Source of the DNA: Psammoneis japonica
Taxonomy: Eukaryota
Assembly: GCA_008632985.1 (NCBI GenBank)
Contig: QPGO01000005.1
Location: forward strand, 310,001 to 374,000
DNA: 64,000 nt
Direction: 5' to 3'
Part shown: one piece after another, positions 1 through 10,655 of the stretch
Numbering within the stretch: the stretch's first letter is position 1
Layout of the letters: each line of letters opens with the position of its first letter
Program-made: the position numbers and the translations under genes
The notes under the pieces: generated by a model
Seen by the model: only the letters and a program-made list of their open reading frames with translations
The model's database searches: none
What the model was told of the DNA's origin: nothing

Positions 1-159
1 GTGGCGTCATGGGACAAGCAGCGCTGAGAGTTGCAAAGGTATCCACAGAGTGCTGCAGATGTGACGAGACATCTCCGCTCTCCTCTGCTGCATGTTTTCG
101 ATGCTTTGAGATTTCAGAAACAAGAGCATTGTAGTCATACGACATTTTGCTGCTTATGT

Positions 160-209
160 GAGTGTATCTAAAAGGATCAGGGACGAGTGTATCTAAAAGG
201 ATCAGGGAC
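160..209. repeat. Perfect tandem duplication, 2 x 25 bp
   Basis: GAGTGTATCTAAAAGGATCAGGGAC at 160-184 and 185-209. Confidence 0.95.
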
Positions 210-491
210 GGAGTTAGTTGCGAGTTACGGCTGCTTGCGGTTGCCTGCTTCTCATTGTGATGTTTTCGTTCAAGCGTGCGAAGCTGCGAAGGGCGAAGGC
301 GGACAGACTGATCTTCTTCGGATTAGTCGTATTTGTCATAGGGCAAAAAATGTGTGAAAAGCTACGTACTCATAAATTGGTAATGTTCATACGTGGCAAA
401 GGAACGAAATCGAAGTTCTACGCTCATCGCTCCGCAAGCGTCGCTCTTCATCTCACAATTTGCCGCCACTTCCAACTTTTTCCGCATTTTA

Positions 492-1313
492 GAGCATCTT
501 CGCCAGTGAGTCGTAAACATAAACATAAACATAGGAACATAACCTAAAAGGACAAGCGAACAGACTGCCCCGTATAAGTTTACGATTCTGCACGCGACCA
601 TCATTTTCAGTCGATCACAATCGTATTCACTTTCGGCCGATGGTTGGGCAGACGTTGAGGTAACAACCAACTCCATACACGTATATCAATAACTAACTGA
701 TGGTAGGACGGACTTGTTGAATTTTACATGACGCCATGGCGGCTTTGAACGCAATATACGACACAAATCACCGTCTATTCAAAGATATGTCGACGTCTAT
801 CAATAGAGAATAATTCATATTATATGTCTATGTGTTACTATGTTGTGAAAGTCATTCTACATCGCGAAAACAAGCGAAATGTTATCACACGATTTATGCC
901 TTATTCTCTTCTGACCCCATAAACCCCCCATATGTCGGTTCTCCTCCCATATCTCGATGCGGCCGTATGTAAGTTCATAAGATACGACAAAGTCTTAATT
1001 GTTGGGCCTCTGTAAGGTCCTCTCATCAAGAAAGCGTCGATTGTCGTTTCGTCATGGTGACACGCACTTTCTACAGGATTTCTACACCCTTTTTGTACCA
1101 GAAATTTACGATTTTCGTTTACGATTTTGGAGGTGGATCGTATCCAAGGCCTGATTTGCGATTCACTTTCATGAATCGTAAATTCGAAAAGGGTTATTAG
1201 CGCAAAAAATATGTTTACGATCCACCGAAAATGATGATTTTTTGTGAATCTCATTCGTATCGGAAGACGTACGGACATAGGTTTATGTTTACGACTCACT
1301 GGCGAAGATGCTC
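492..1313. mobile_element. Non-autonomous PIF/Harbinger (Tourist-like) MITE, 822 bp
   Basis: Perfect 33-bp terminal inverted repeats (GAGCATCTTCGCCAGTGAGTCGTAAACATAAAC at 492-524; reverse complement at 1281-1313), flanked by a TTA target-site duplication (489-491 and 1314-1316). A TWA TSD and GAGC TIR start are typical of PIF/Harbinger. AT-rich interior with no transposase. Confidence 0.9.
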
Positions 1314-1390
1314 TTAGCGTTTTCTTGTTTATCAGTGATCAGTTCCTGCAGATTGTTTGACGAAGCTGGAGGACGCCTTAGGACAGAGGA

Positions 1391-2326
1391 ATGGAAACCA
1401 TGACTACTAGCATTGATAACGTTTTCTTTGACACGCGTAGGGTCCAGCCATCGATAAACCGCGGAAGAGAAATAATTGATCAAACCAAGCAAGCAGATTT
1501 CTACCAAGGCACGACTCAAAATGGTGGTCGCTTCGTCGGGAGTCACAAGAGTCCAAGAGGAGAGAAATATGGATCCACATCATCAGACTACGAACGTGGA
1601 GTTCAGAGAGCTAAACCAGCACCACGAAATTCGTTGAGTCGCACCAGGGCACACAGACGTAGGAGTGGTCATGATCGTAATGGTCGCGTGATTATGAAGC
1701 AACGCGACTACCGGAAGAATCGTCCCACACAGCAGTATGATAGGCACAAGAAGAACAATTATAGGATTCACAAAGCGTCTCCGTATATATCGTCTTACCA
1801 TCCAAGAGATCATGTGGGTAAAGGGAATTCGCGGTCGCGGCAGCAAAGAACAAAGCATGAAAGTTCACTTGATCGTGCTTCCATCGAGATGCCACGAGGG
1901 ATACCATTTCCAAATGAACAACATAGGATGACTCGCACCTTCCATGACGTATATAAGAATCACGTTTCTTCCAATCTTCAGGAAACCACTCACGACACTT
2001 TCATTCCACGAGCTACCGTTGAACCAATGTTCGCAACCTCAAAACAAACTCTAGGTACAGATAGGACTATTAACCACCAACCTGAGAGTAACATAAACAG
2101 CAGTGAAATAGTAACAAACCTAACACAGAATACCCGTAGTGGCAATCAATGTGACGAGGGCAGAATTTCGTATGATCCCACCCAGCCGCAATACAGTCCG
2201 ACTTATGACCCTGTCGCTCTATACAAAGATATTGACTGGTATGATTTGGAAGCAACAGGAAAGAAAGCTTACGACCCTGAACACCCAGGGTATTTCCCAC
2301 CCGATGACATTGCCACAACTTTATAA
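1391..2326 (+). CDS. Orphan 311-aa basic/disordered hypothetical protein
   Basis: Uninterrupted ATG-to-TAA ORF with an R/K/H/S-rich middle and an acidic C-terminus with YDP/YSP motifs. No family recognised. Confidence 0.4.
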   Translation: METMTTSIDNVFFDTRRVQPSINRGREIIDQTKQADFYQGTTQNGGRFVGSHKSPRGEKYGSTSSDYERGVQRAKPAPRNSLSRTRAHRRRSGHDRNGRVIMKQRDYRKNRPTQQYDRHKKNNYRIHKASPYISSYHPRDHVGKGNSRSRQQRTKHESSLDRASIEMPRGIPFPNEQHRMTRTFHDVYKNHVSSNLQETTHDTFIPRATVEPMFATSKQTLGTDRTINHQPESNINSSEIVTNLTQNTRSGNQCDEGRISYDPTQPQYSPTYDPVALYKDIDWYDLEATGKKAYDPEHPGYFPPDDIATTL

Positions 2327-2647
2327 CTTTGCTTCACAGAGCCATTCATCAATAATTTTAAAAAATTAACAAGAAATAGTGATGCAAACTACAAACGTTC
2401 AAGAAATAGTATTACTTTGTACCGTTTCTATGTTCAATGTGCATGATTTTTTCTCGTGTTTCCCTCTTGGCGCCTTGAATAAATTATAGTCGCCTTCTAT
2501 GACTTATTTGCTTCATAGCAAAAATGCACGTCACGCTTTCGCCCTCTCACCTGCACGTGCGAGGATGTGCTACCAAGTTAAATGAAACACTTGTGAGGCA
2601 GAGTAGTCTTAAACTAGGAAGATGCTGGCTAGTAGCTATAGTACTAC

Positions 2648-4123
2648 TCAGACCTCCACACTTTGGTATGGAAAGCTGGTACTTCCCCAAGAAACGGCAT
2701 TTTTCCCTAATAATTCAACTCGATCCTTAAAGAGTGAATGTATCCCCTCTGGACTTGTAAACATGAGGCTATGGTCGTGTCCAACGCCCTGTACAACGAT
2801 CCTCTTGTGCGAGGCAATGCCAACTCGTTGCAATGACGCAAAGTAGCGAACATTCCGCTCCCATCGATTAAGCCCTTGGGCATTATCCATGCAAGTGGCC
2901 TCCATTCCGTGTGAGTTGCACCACCCTTCTGGTGAAGACACGTTGCATCGATCGAGACTACCAGTCAGGTATAGTACTTGCCGTCTAGAAAACCGCTCTG
3001 CCAATCGCGTCAAATTGGCATCCAATAACCGCATGGCATCATTTTTGTATTGAACATCTATCTTGCCGCCACTTTCAAATCCCCACTCCCACTGGTTGTA
3101 CTGTGGACAATTGGATGGAATCCTCCATTCTCCATTTTGAAATCGGTACTTTGTGAGATAGGCATAGGAGCTGGGGTTTGCAACAACCGCCCTCATGTGT
3201 ATGTTGGGAGTGTCGTACCAGTGCTCGGTGAGAAGCGACCACCGTTGAACAAATTGTGCTCCACTCGAGTGTCCAACAATCGTAATGTTGCGCAGGAGAG
3301 GAAACTTTACTGGGTCAATCAAGTCAGTAATCAATTGATCCATTGCGCGATACGAACTAGTGTTGGTGGCCGCAGACGGAGCAATTGCTGATGCGCCATA
3401 CCGCCACGTCCCGTCTCCTTGATCCTTCCATCGCATGGCTGTGCCTCCAGATGTGAGAGACACAGCTCCATCCGAGGGGACCAAGAATCTTGGTGCCACA
3501 ACCAAAACAGAGTCCTTGTCTTGGATATGGCTTTGAACAGCGACGGCAGCGTTCCCAGAACAAAAGTAGTCGTCAGCATTCCGGAGACTACCGTGAATTA
3601 CCACGAGAGCCATGGTTATGCTTGACGAACGAGTATTCTTATTCTGATGCTGAATATCCCCGTGTGTTGAATAGTATGCTAGCTCTCCTAGGTTGACTCC
3701 GTCTATCTTGAGACCGTGTACCAGTGAGAAAGCTTCTCTTTCAGCATGACAGAGGACGTATCGAGGTAACACTTGAACTAGAGGATCTCGAACTGATTCG
3801 GTAGCTAGACATTGTTGTTTAGGCCCGCATACATAACCTACAGCACAACCCGTGTGCTGGTCGTTGCAGCATGTTCCATTGTACGCCCCCAAGTCGTTTG
3901 GTATGCACCCCGACGTGCCGTCAAGTCGCGCACAGCACGTGTTGAAATCAGGACACAACCCATCGCCCTTTGAGGGATCACAAAACTGAATCCCAACAGC
4001 ACGAGGTACAAGCACAAAGGCAAGAAAGATGATGCATGAAGTCACGCATCGCACACCACTGTTGTTAACTTGAGTTCTCTCGACGTTCTTACACATTATT
4101 ACATGAAGTGCGCCGCTCATCAT
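2648..4123 (-). CDS. Secreted granulin-like domain + alpha/beta-hydrolase
   Basis: Hydrophobic signal (CIIFLAFVLVPRAVG), then a Cys-rich CPDFNTCC...GC...TCC...GC...YVC segment. Hydrolase motifs follow: VVIHG, nucleophile elbow GHSSG, VVANPSSY and a C-terminal VGHD His. Start Met uncertain (4123 or 4096). Confidence 0.8.
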   Translation of the reverse strand: MMSGALHVIMCKNVERTQVNNSGVRCVTSCIIFLAFVLVPRAVGIQFCDPSKGDGLCPDFNTCCARLDGTSGCIPNDLGAYNGTCCNDQHTGCAVGYVCGPKQQCLATESVRDPLVQVLPRYVLCHAEREAFSLVHGLKIDGVNLGELAYYSTHGDIQHQNKNTRSSSITMALVVIHGSLRNADDYFCSGNAAVAVQSHIQDKDSVLVVAPRFLVPSDGAVSLTSGGTAMRWKDQGDGTWRYGASAIAPSAATNTSSYRAMDQLITDLIDPVKFPLLRNITIVGHSSGAQFVQRWSLLTEHWYDTPNIHMRAVVANPSSYAYLTKYRFQNGEWRIPSNCPQYNQWEWGFESGGKIDVQYKNDAMRLLDANLTRLAERFSRRQVLYLTGSLDRCNVSSPEGWCNSHGMEATCMDNAQGLNRWERNVRYFASLQRVGIASHKRIVVQGVGHDHSLMFTSPEGIHSLFKDRVELLGKNAVSWGSTSFPYQSVEV

Positions 4124-5483
4124 TCCCAATTTGCTACTATGAGATCTGAAATTCCAAAATCTCGTAGAATCACGTAGAGTTGTACTAAACAAAACTGCCG
4201 CCGACAGACGACAGATCTATCATGACATCATGCTTCATGCTTCGAAAGAAGACAGCAGCACTGGACGCACTGGACAGCAGCGGCAACGATTGATGATGAA
4301 TGATGAAGCGAACGAGAGCAGCAGTGGCAGCAGCAGTCAACAAGACGAAGAATGCGACAAAGACGATATTGAACAGCACATGACCCTGCAGGAATGACTG
4401 GATAAATGGCGCACAGCAGGCAGTGTGAAGTTGACAACGTTGCACAACGAAAGACAAAAACGTGGACGAAGCGATCGAAAAGGCAAGAGAACAAGTGCAC
4501 AAGTCTGACAAGAACCTTCCAGAATAGGAGACAAAAAGAGAAAGAGGTCCAAGCATGCTCCAACTGTAGCAAGCTCATCGCAGTGTGATTTTTATCAGCA
4601 TGGAGAGCCTTCACAGAGATGCGTCAGGCACCGGAGATTTGAAGCGCGGAATAAGGTGCTGCAAAAGGCTCACGACCAAAGACGGAGTTCTGACAGCAAC
4701 ACAAAACCTGCCAATCACAACCGTGACATGCACTTCCGCAGGAGATTCCATATAAGGATATAACATACGTGAAGATGTTCATGGACGATGGATCTTTCAT
4801 CGCGCACCTTTGATCGATCCATGATAGAGACGAATGATTTTGATGGCGAGAGCAATAGACTGCGGCCGATGGCCGGCAACAGCAACACGTTATACACTTG
4901 CCATGGCCTATATACAGCTCGTATGTAGCAAGATGACTCCCTCAGCCGCTTCAGCCATCTCAGTTAAGTCATTCTGCAGTCTACAGTGCAGCATGGAGTC
5001 ACAACGGAAAACGGGAAGTGATGCCACTGGAAGCCGTTATCACAAGGAAGGAAATTCGCTTTTGCTTCGATCATGCCGCGGGATAAATTTCAGAGCAGTG
5101 CAGTAGGGTCCCAGAATCTTTTCATAGGGGTCGATGATTGAATTTCGAAAACTGGACGGTGGGTTTTGCGGTCAAACTTCGGCTATGTTGCAAAGATACA
5201 AGATGCGGGTCGCTTCAAGTACCATGAAAACGATGAAAGTTCCCCCATGAAAATTTTCGTACCCGTATTCTTTTCTACAAGGAGTCAAACTTCCAGCAAC
5301 GTAAAGGAGCAAGAAGATTGGCTTCAAGTACGCGACCGGCAGCTAGACATTTTGAAAATTTCAGTGTAGTACTCGTGGGTACGTATCGGTCAAACTTCCA
5401 GGTATCGGTCAAATTTCCAGTAGAGATGCCACAAATTCCCGACAGCCACAAAGAAGGAAGGAAAGGTAAAAGAACATCTGACG

Positions 5484-8400
5484 ATGAAGATATGCACCGT
5501 TTGCCTCGATGACGAGGAGGACATCGGCTATGCATGTGTAGATCACAACTGTCCCTATCAGTTGTGCTCCCCGTGCATTCGGCGTGCCTTTGAAGATGTA
5601 TCTGGAGCCAACTACAACAGATGCCCGATGTGCTCAACTCCCATGGCGAGGCACTTGCTGGAAGCTCGATGTGGAGAGGGAGCTATCAAGGCTGTTGAAA
5701 GAGAACTTCGCAACAAGGTGGAGTTCGACGTCAAACAAGAGTACCTTAGAAAAGAAAAGGCCAAGAGGGAGATGAAGGAGATGACTGTACGAGCCAGCGA
5801 GCTGTACAACGAACTGTCCGATCGTCTAAACATGCGGTGTCCTCGCTGCAGTATGGTATTCTTTGATTACAGCGGCTGCAACGCCCTGACCTGTGGAAAT
5901 GATGCGTGCAAGGCCAAGTTCTGTGCTGTGTGCTTGAAAGATTGTGGACGAGACGCCCATCCGCATGTCAGACAACATCACGGCAATCTATTTGACAAGG
6001 GCGTGTTTGAGCGTTCTAGAAAGAAAAGAGAAGAGGGAACCTTCCATGCCTTTCTTGAGGAGATCGCAGATGAGCCGTTTGAGGTCAAACAGCTAGTCAA
6101 GCAGCACCACGGCAAGTCGGCCTTTGTGGAGAGCGAACAGTCTGGCCTGGCGGTGGGGTCAAGGTTTCTGTCTTTGGCTAAAGATAAGCTGAGGGATGCT
6201 GTGAAAATGGATCGTCTCGCTGTGTTGAGCAACGCTGAGTGCTTTGAATATATGCGTCGTGGACTGAGTGTGGACGACATCTCCCCTCGCCTCGTCATCC
6301 CAGAGGACTACAAGCTCTCTCTGATCCGTCAAGGCTCCGGCACGTACACCATTTCTCTTCAATGGGATCATCCTACTCGAGGGTGGATGCCTGTTCCTCT
6401 CCCGAGCGAGAGCGATGAGAATGGCCCTAAAAACACCGGTGTTAACGAAGACGATTTCTTTAAGGATCGCGCTCAAGTTGACTCTCTCAGCAACATTCGC
6501 TACTCCTTGAGATGCGGCGTTATCGCTTTTCGGGGTGCGACGAAACTCTATCAGGCACGAGCCGTGAAACCTGCTAAAGGAATGAACTTGAGCGAAGACC
6601 AGGTGGCTCTGAAGTTCGCAGAGGTCGATCGAAGGGGACAAATGAGAGAGGTGATTGCCGAGCTACCCTTTGGCGTCGAAGCGGTCGTCCTTGGAGTAAA
6701 CCAGAACCTCAGGTTGGTCCTTCTCGAACAACATGCAGAGGCAACGCCAGATGAGGTGCTTATGTTTGATCCGCTTCGATCCTTCGTCGGGGAGAAGCAG
6801 GCATCACACGTTTTCTCCGAGATTCTACTTCCAGCCCCAAACACCTTTGGCACCCTCAATGACGAGCAGAAGAAAGTTGCTCATCCACTGGGTCTCAAGA
6901 CCGCAATGGACGTTGCAGGGCCGCCCGGGACAGGTAAGAGCTACACCATCACGGAGCTAGTACGTTCGATCCTCGAATGCACCACCGCGGATGTTCTTGT
7001 CTTATCGGAACGAAACGGGGCAATCGACGCAATTGCTGAAAAATTCGCTGATGCGTGCCTCGACATGTCAAAGTCTAAGGAGCTTAGAGTGCACAATGTG
7101 ATGATGTGGACTGATTTGATGGCATTTGGATCCAGTGGTGTCGGTCCGCATACAAAGCTGTTTACGCTTCCAGAGAAGCTCAAGTAAGTCGACGCGCTGA
7201 TATATGAAATCGTTCGAATTCGTTGAGTCCAGCCGCTTCTCTCTTACTGTTCTCCTTCTTCTACTCTAGGTACCATCCAGAACTTGTTGAGCTACGTCGG
7301 CTTGAAAAGGAGAAAAAAGCAATGTGGACGGCACTTGGTGAAGCGATGCGCGATGCCATCGTGAAGAGACTTGAGGATTTAAGCAATGTTATCCCCCGTG
7401 ATGCAATTGCGACGAAAACTCGCAAAATCGCAAACAACGAAGAACCAGGGCTCACAACACCAGGGCTAATTGTCGCAACAATGAAATCATGTGTGGAGGC
7501 CATCACCAATGTCATAGACCAGGACATGAGCGTGATCCGGGAAGAGGAAGTGGGAAACCTGGTTCTCGACCATGACGATATACTGACTACGCTTATTGCC
7601 GTCCGTACCAAGCCGGAGATGAAGCGTGTCCCGTGGAAGACCATTCGCAAAGACGTCATTTATCAGCTCAAGTGCATCCAGAAGAAGTTTCGCATACTGA
7701 TCGACGAGCCTCTTTTCTCTTTCACCAGGACCGAAGATGCTCTGTCGCGTCTCAGGGATGCCCAGGAATCGACGCGCCTGGCTGAACAACGCCTTCAGTC
7801 CGAGCTCATCAGCAAGGCCCGCGTCAATCTGTGCACCATTGGATCTTCTCACCGACTTCCTGTGGCCAGTGTCGATGATGATGATGACAGCATTGGAGCT
7901 CTGATTAACGCCCTTGGTAGTTCGTCGCTTGACAGTGGGAAGGAGACTGTTGTGATCATTGACGAAGCCGGGTGTATCCCACTTTATGAATTTCTTGGTT
8001 TGTCTCGTCTTGGAAAAAATATCATCGGTCTTACATGCGTGGGCGACAAGCATCAGCTTCCACCTTATGATGGGACACAGTTTGGTGGGGCCCAACGAAA
8101 TAGCCGCTTGATAGGACGGCAAGGCTCCTTTGGAGGTGTTCGACCAGAACGGAGAATGCGATGTGCTTCTGCCCCGACGCCCAGCCTGCTAGACGCATCA
8201 CGATTGACGCTGGATCAAGAAACAAAGGTCAAGCTCACCACCCAGTATCGTGTGCCCCGCGACATTGCAGGGATACTGAACGACAGGGTATACAAAGGCG
8301 ATTACAATACCGATGGAAGTTTCGGTGTCCCAGACAGGGGGTTTCGCTTTGTTCATGTTCCTGAATACCGCGGAGACGTCGGAAAGAAGTATGTCAATGA

Positions 8401-8862
8401 AGAGGAGGTCGAGTACTGCATCGAACTTATTCGTCAATTCAAGCGTGAAGGACAATCCAGCATCATGGTGCTCACTCCTGTAAGTATATTTCTCGCGTAG
8501 GTCTCCCCGGCTGGGTCTTCCGCTAACGCTCTCGCTACTCCTATCTCTTCCACCGGTAGTACAAGAAACAGCAACGTGAAATCCAGTTTCAAGTCAAGAA
8601 GCGAGGATATGAAAACATCCCAGTTCTCACTATCGATCAGTGTCAAGGACAAGAAGCCGACTTTGTTGTCCTGAGTTTAGTGCAGAAGCCAACGCGCTTT
8701 CTCAACAGAAACCGCTTCAACGTTGCTCTTTCACGTGTTCGAAAGACTCTTTACATGTTGGCGGACAAAGCAAAGTTCAGAGCCGCGAGTATGGACTCGA
8801 ACTGGGAGTGCTCGCTCATGGCCAAAGATTTGCTTTGTCTTTCTGCTTCGGAAAACTGCTAG
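5484..8862 (+). CDS. RING + IBR/RING2-like zinc fingers fused to an SF1 (UPF1/DNA2/SEN1-like) helicase; 3 exons
   Basis: Exons 5484-7183, 7270-8479 and 8560-8862 with GT-AG introns that splice in frame. N-terminal CxxC...C...C...CxxC...CxxC RING, then CPRC...GCNALTC...C...FCAVC. Helicase motifs GPPGTGKS, IIDEAG, VGDKHQL, QYR, TPY, TIDQCQGQE and RFNVALSR. Confidence 0.9.
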
Positions 8863-9234
8863 TCAGTATGGTGGTCGTTTTTGAGTGCAGTGACATGCAA
8901 GCAATGAAAAGGAAACTAGCAACAGTCTTATGGTATGAAGCAACTAAACCCTTTGCTTGTCTGTAGGTTGTTGGCTCTGTTGTAGAAACGAGTTCTATAT
9001 CGCATTGCATATATTCACAAAGGGTTTACGCCTTTCTGGTTCAATAGTAACTTAAAACACATAGACCCGAACCGATATCATTGTAAACATGACAGTGTTA
9101 TCATCCCTTATTTCTACAACAGGACGCTATCTACCGTTCCCTCGGCACCATAGAAACAACTGATTCAAATTTCACATCCATGCTTCCACTTTTTCATCTT
9201 CACCCCTCATCAGCACAGACAAATTGTTTCTAGT

Positions 9235-10118
9235 TTAAGCGACACGCTTGGCTTCCAACAGTCGCGAAAAGTAAAAGTTTGTTCCAGTCATTTCCTCTCG
9301 CGCAACCTCAAAGCCGGCGTTTTTGAGTGCATCCCTTACGATTTGCTCCTCGTGAAGATAGGCTCGTGTGGTTTTGGACGGTCCAGGAAATAGTTCGCCA
9401 ATCTTTTTCAGTGCTTGGTAGTACCATGTTTTCGGTGCAAACGAAATCAAGACGCGTTCATCGGCAAGGCTGCACAAGTGTGTCACCATTTCAGCCATCT
9501 TCTCTGTAGGGTAGTGAATGGCAACATCAACACAAGTTACAGTATCATATTTTCCCGTCACACTCTCAAGATCAGAGGTGTAAAATTTGGCATTCACACC
9601 AAGCTCCTTGGCACGGCGACCAGCTTCCGTAGACATGGCGTCAGAAATGTCACTAGCTGAAACCTTGGCACCTGTGCGAATCATGACGAAGAAAAGAAAG
9701 GACAAACCAAAATGAGAAATTTGCATAGGCTATCAGCGATACTTTTTCAGACGGTTCCTACAGTTTGCTTACCCATTTGAGCAAGAGGAATAGCGAGACT
9801 GCCAACACCGCATCCGCAGTCGCACACGCTCTTTCCGGCAATATCTCCGTCGGCTTGGATCCAGTTGAGAATCTTTTGTATCGTTTGGTCGTGTCCATTA
9901 CGGATATCCAGTTGGACAGAGTTAACGTCGTCACTTTCGGAGTAAATCTTGTTCCAACGACTGAAACCTTCGCTGTTGAAGTATTCTCGGACTTCTGTCT
10001 TGTCGTCCACCGATGACATGGCGAGAGGAGCAAAAGCGTGTTTTGTAGTTGGAACAAAAGCGCTCGTTTGGCTTGCAGCCAGAACGACACCCAAAACAAC
10101 AGATGATCCAAGCTTCAT
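9235..10118 (-). CDS. chlM: Mg-protoporphyrin IX methyltransferase, plastid-targeted; 2 exons
   Basis: Exons 10118-9773 and 9671-9235. Signal peptide plus TSA-FVP motif; VREYFN..GFSRWNKIY, CDCGCGVGSL SAM motif, FPGPSKTTRAYLH, FYFSRLLE. Confidence 0.96.
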
Positions 10119-10655
10119 TGTTACAAGAGATGTTAAAGCGGTAAGCGATTGCCGAAACAACAATGAGACAGACAACGAGCGAACTGCTTTCTTTTTCTCA
10201 ATGTGCGATGAGTGATGATGCAGACAGGTGGAACCTGAACCGCCGAGGATCCCAAGTTGAAGTTGAAAGTTGCGGCCAATGAATGAGCGACGGCAAGACG
10301 ACGGAATATTTCCCCTTGCTTTTTCGAATCTGGTTCCAGGACTTTGAATTCCACATTCCGTTCAACTTTAACGGGCAGCCTGTCCGCCTCCCCAACTTAA
10401 CTTCACCACGCACGCACCCACCGCGAGCGCGCGAGCACCCACCGACCAATAGCATCACGCGCTCATCGATCATCGACTGCCAATAACTGCCCGCCCCTGC
10501 TCCTGCTCCCATCACTCTTGTGCCATCGATGAAAAGTCAGCCAACAAACAAGAGAACTCGCACCTTGTAACAACATCCGCATAAAGACGGCGTTTGGTTT
10601 CTGTAATTATCTTTTCTTTGAAATCGCCCTATTGAAAGCGAATGTCCATCATATA

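Noticed and set aside
901..1299. 132-aa ORF inside the MITE as a transposase
   Set aside because: It begins at a non-ATG codon within the TIR and shows no DDE or Myb motifs.
4225..4740. Third TA-depleted island or decayed gene fragment
   Set aside because: About 6 TA in 520 bp, but the strand is T-poor, CG is normal and the survivors are RTA/TAY type. Too weak to call.
5170..5420. GTCAAACTTC motif recurring about 4 times, including a 19-bp tandem pair
   Set aside because: No TIR/TSD or other support for an element or regulatory role.
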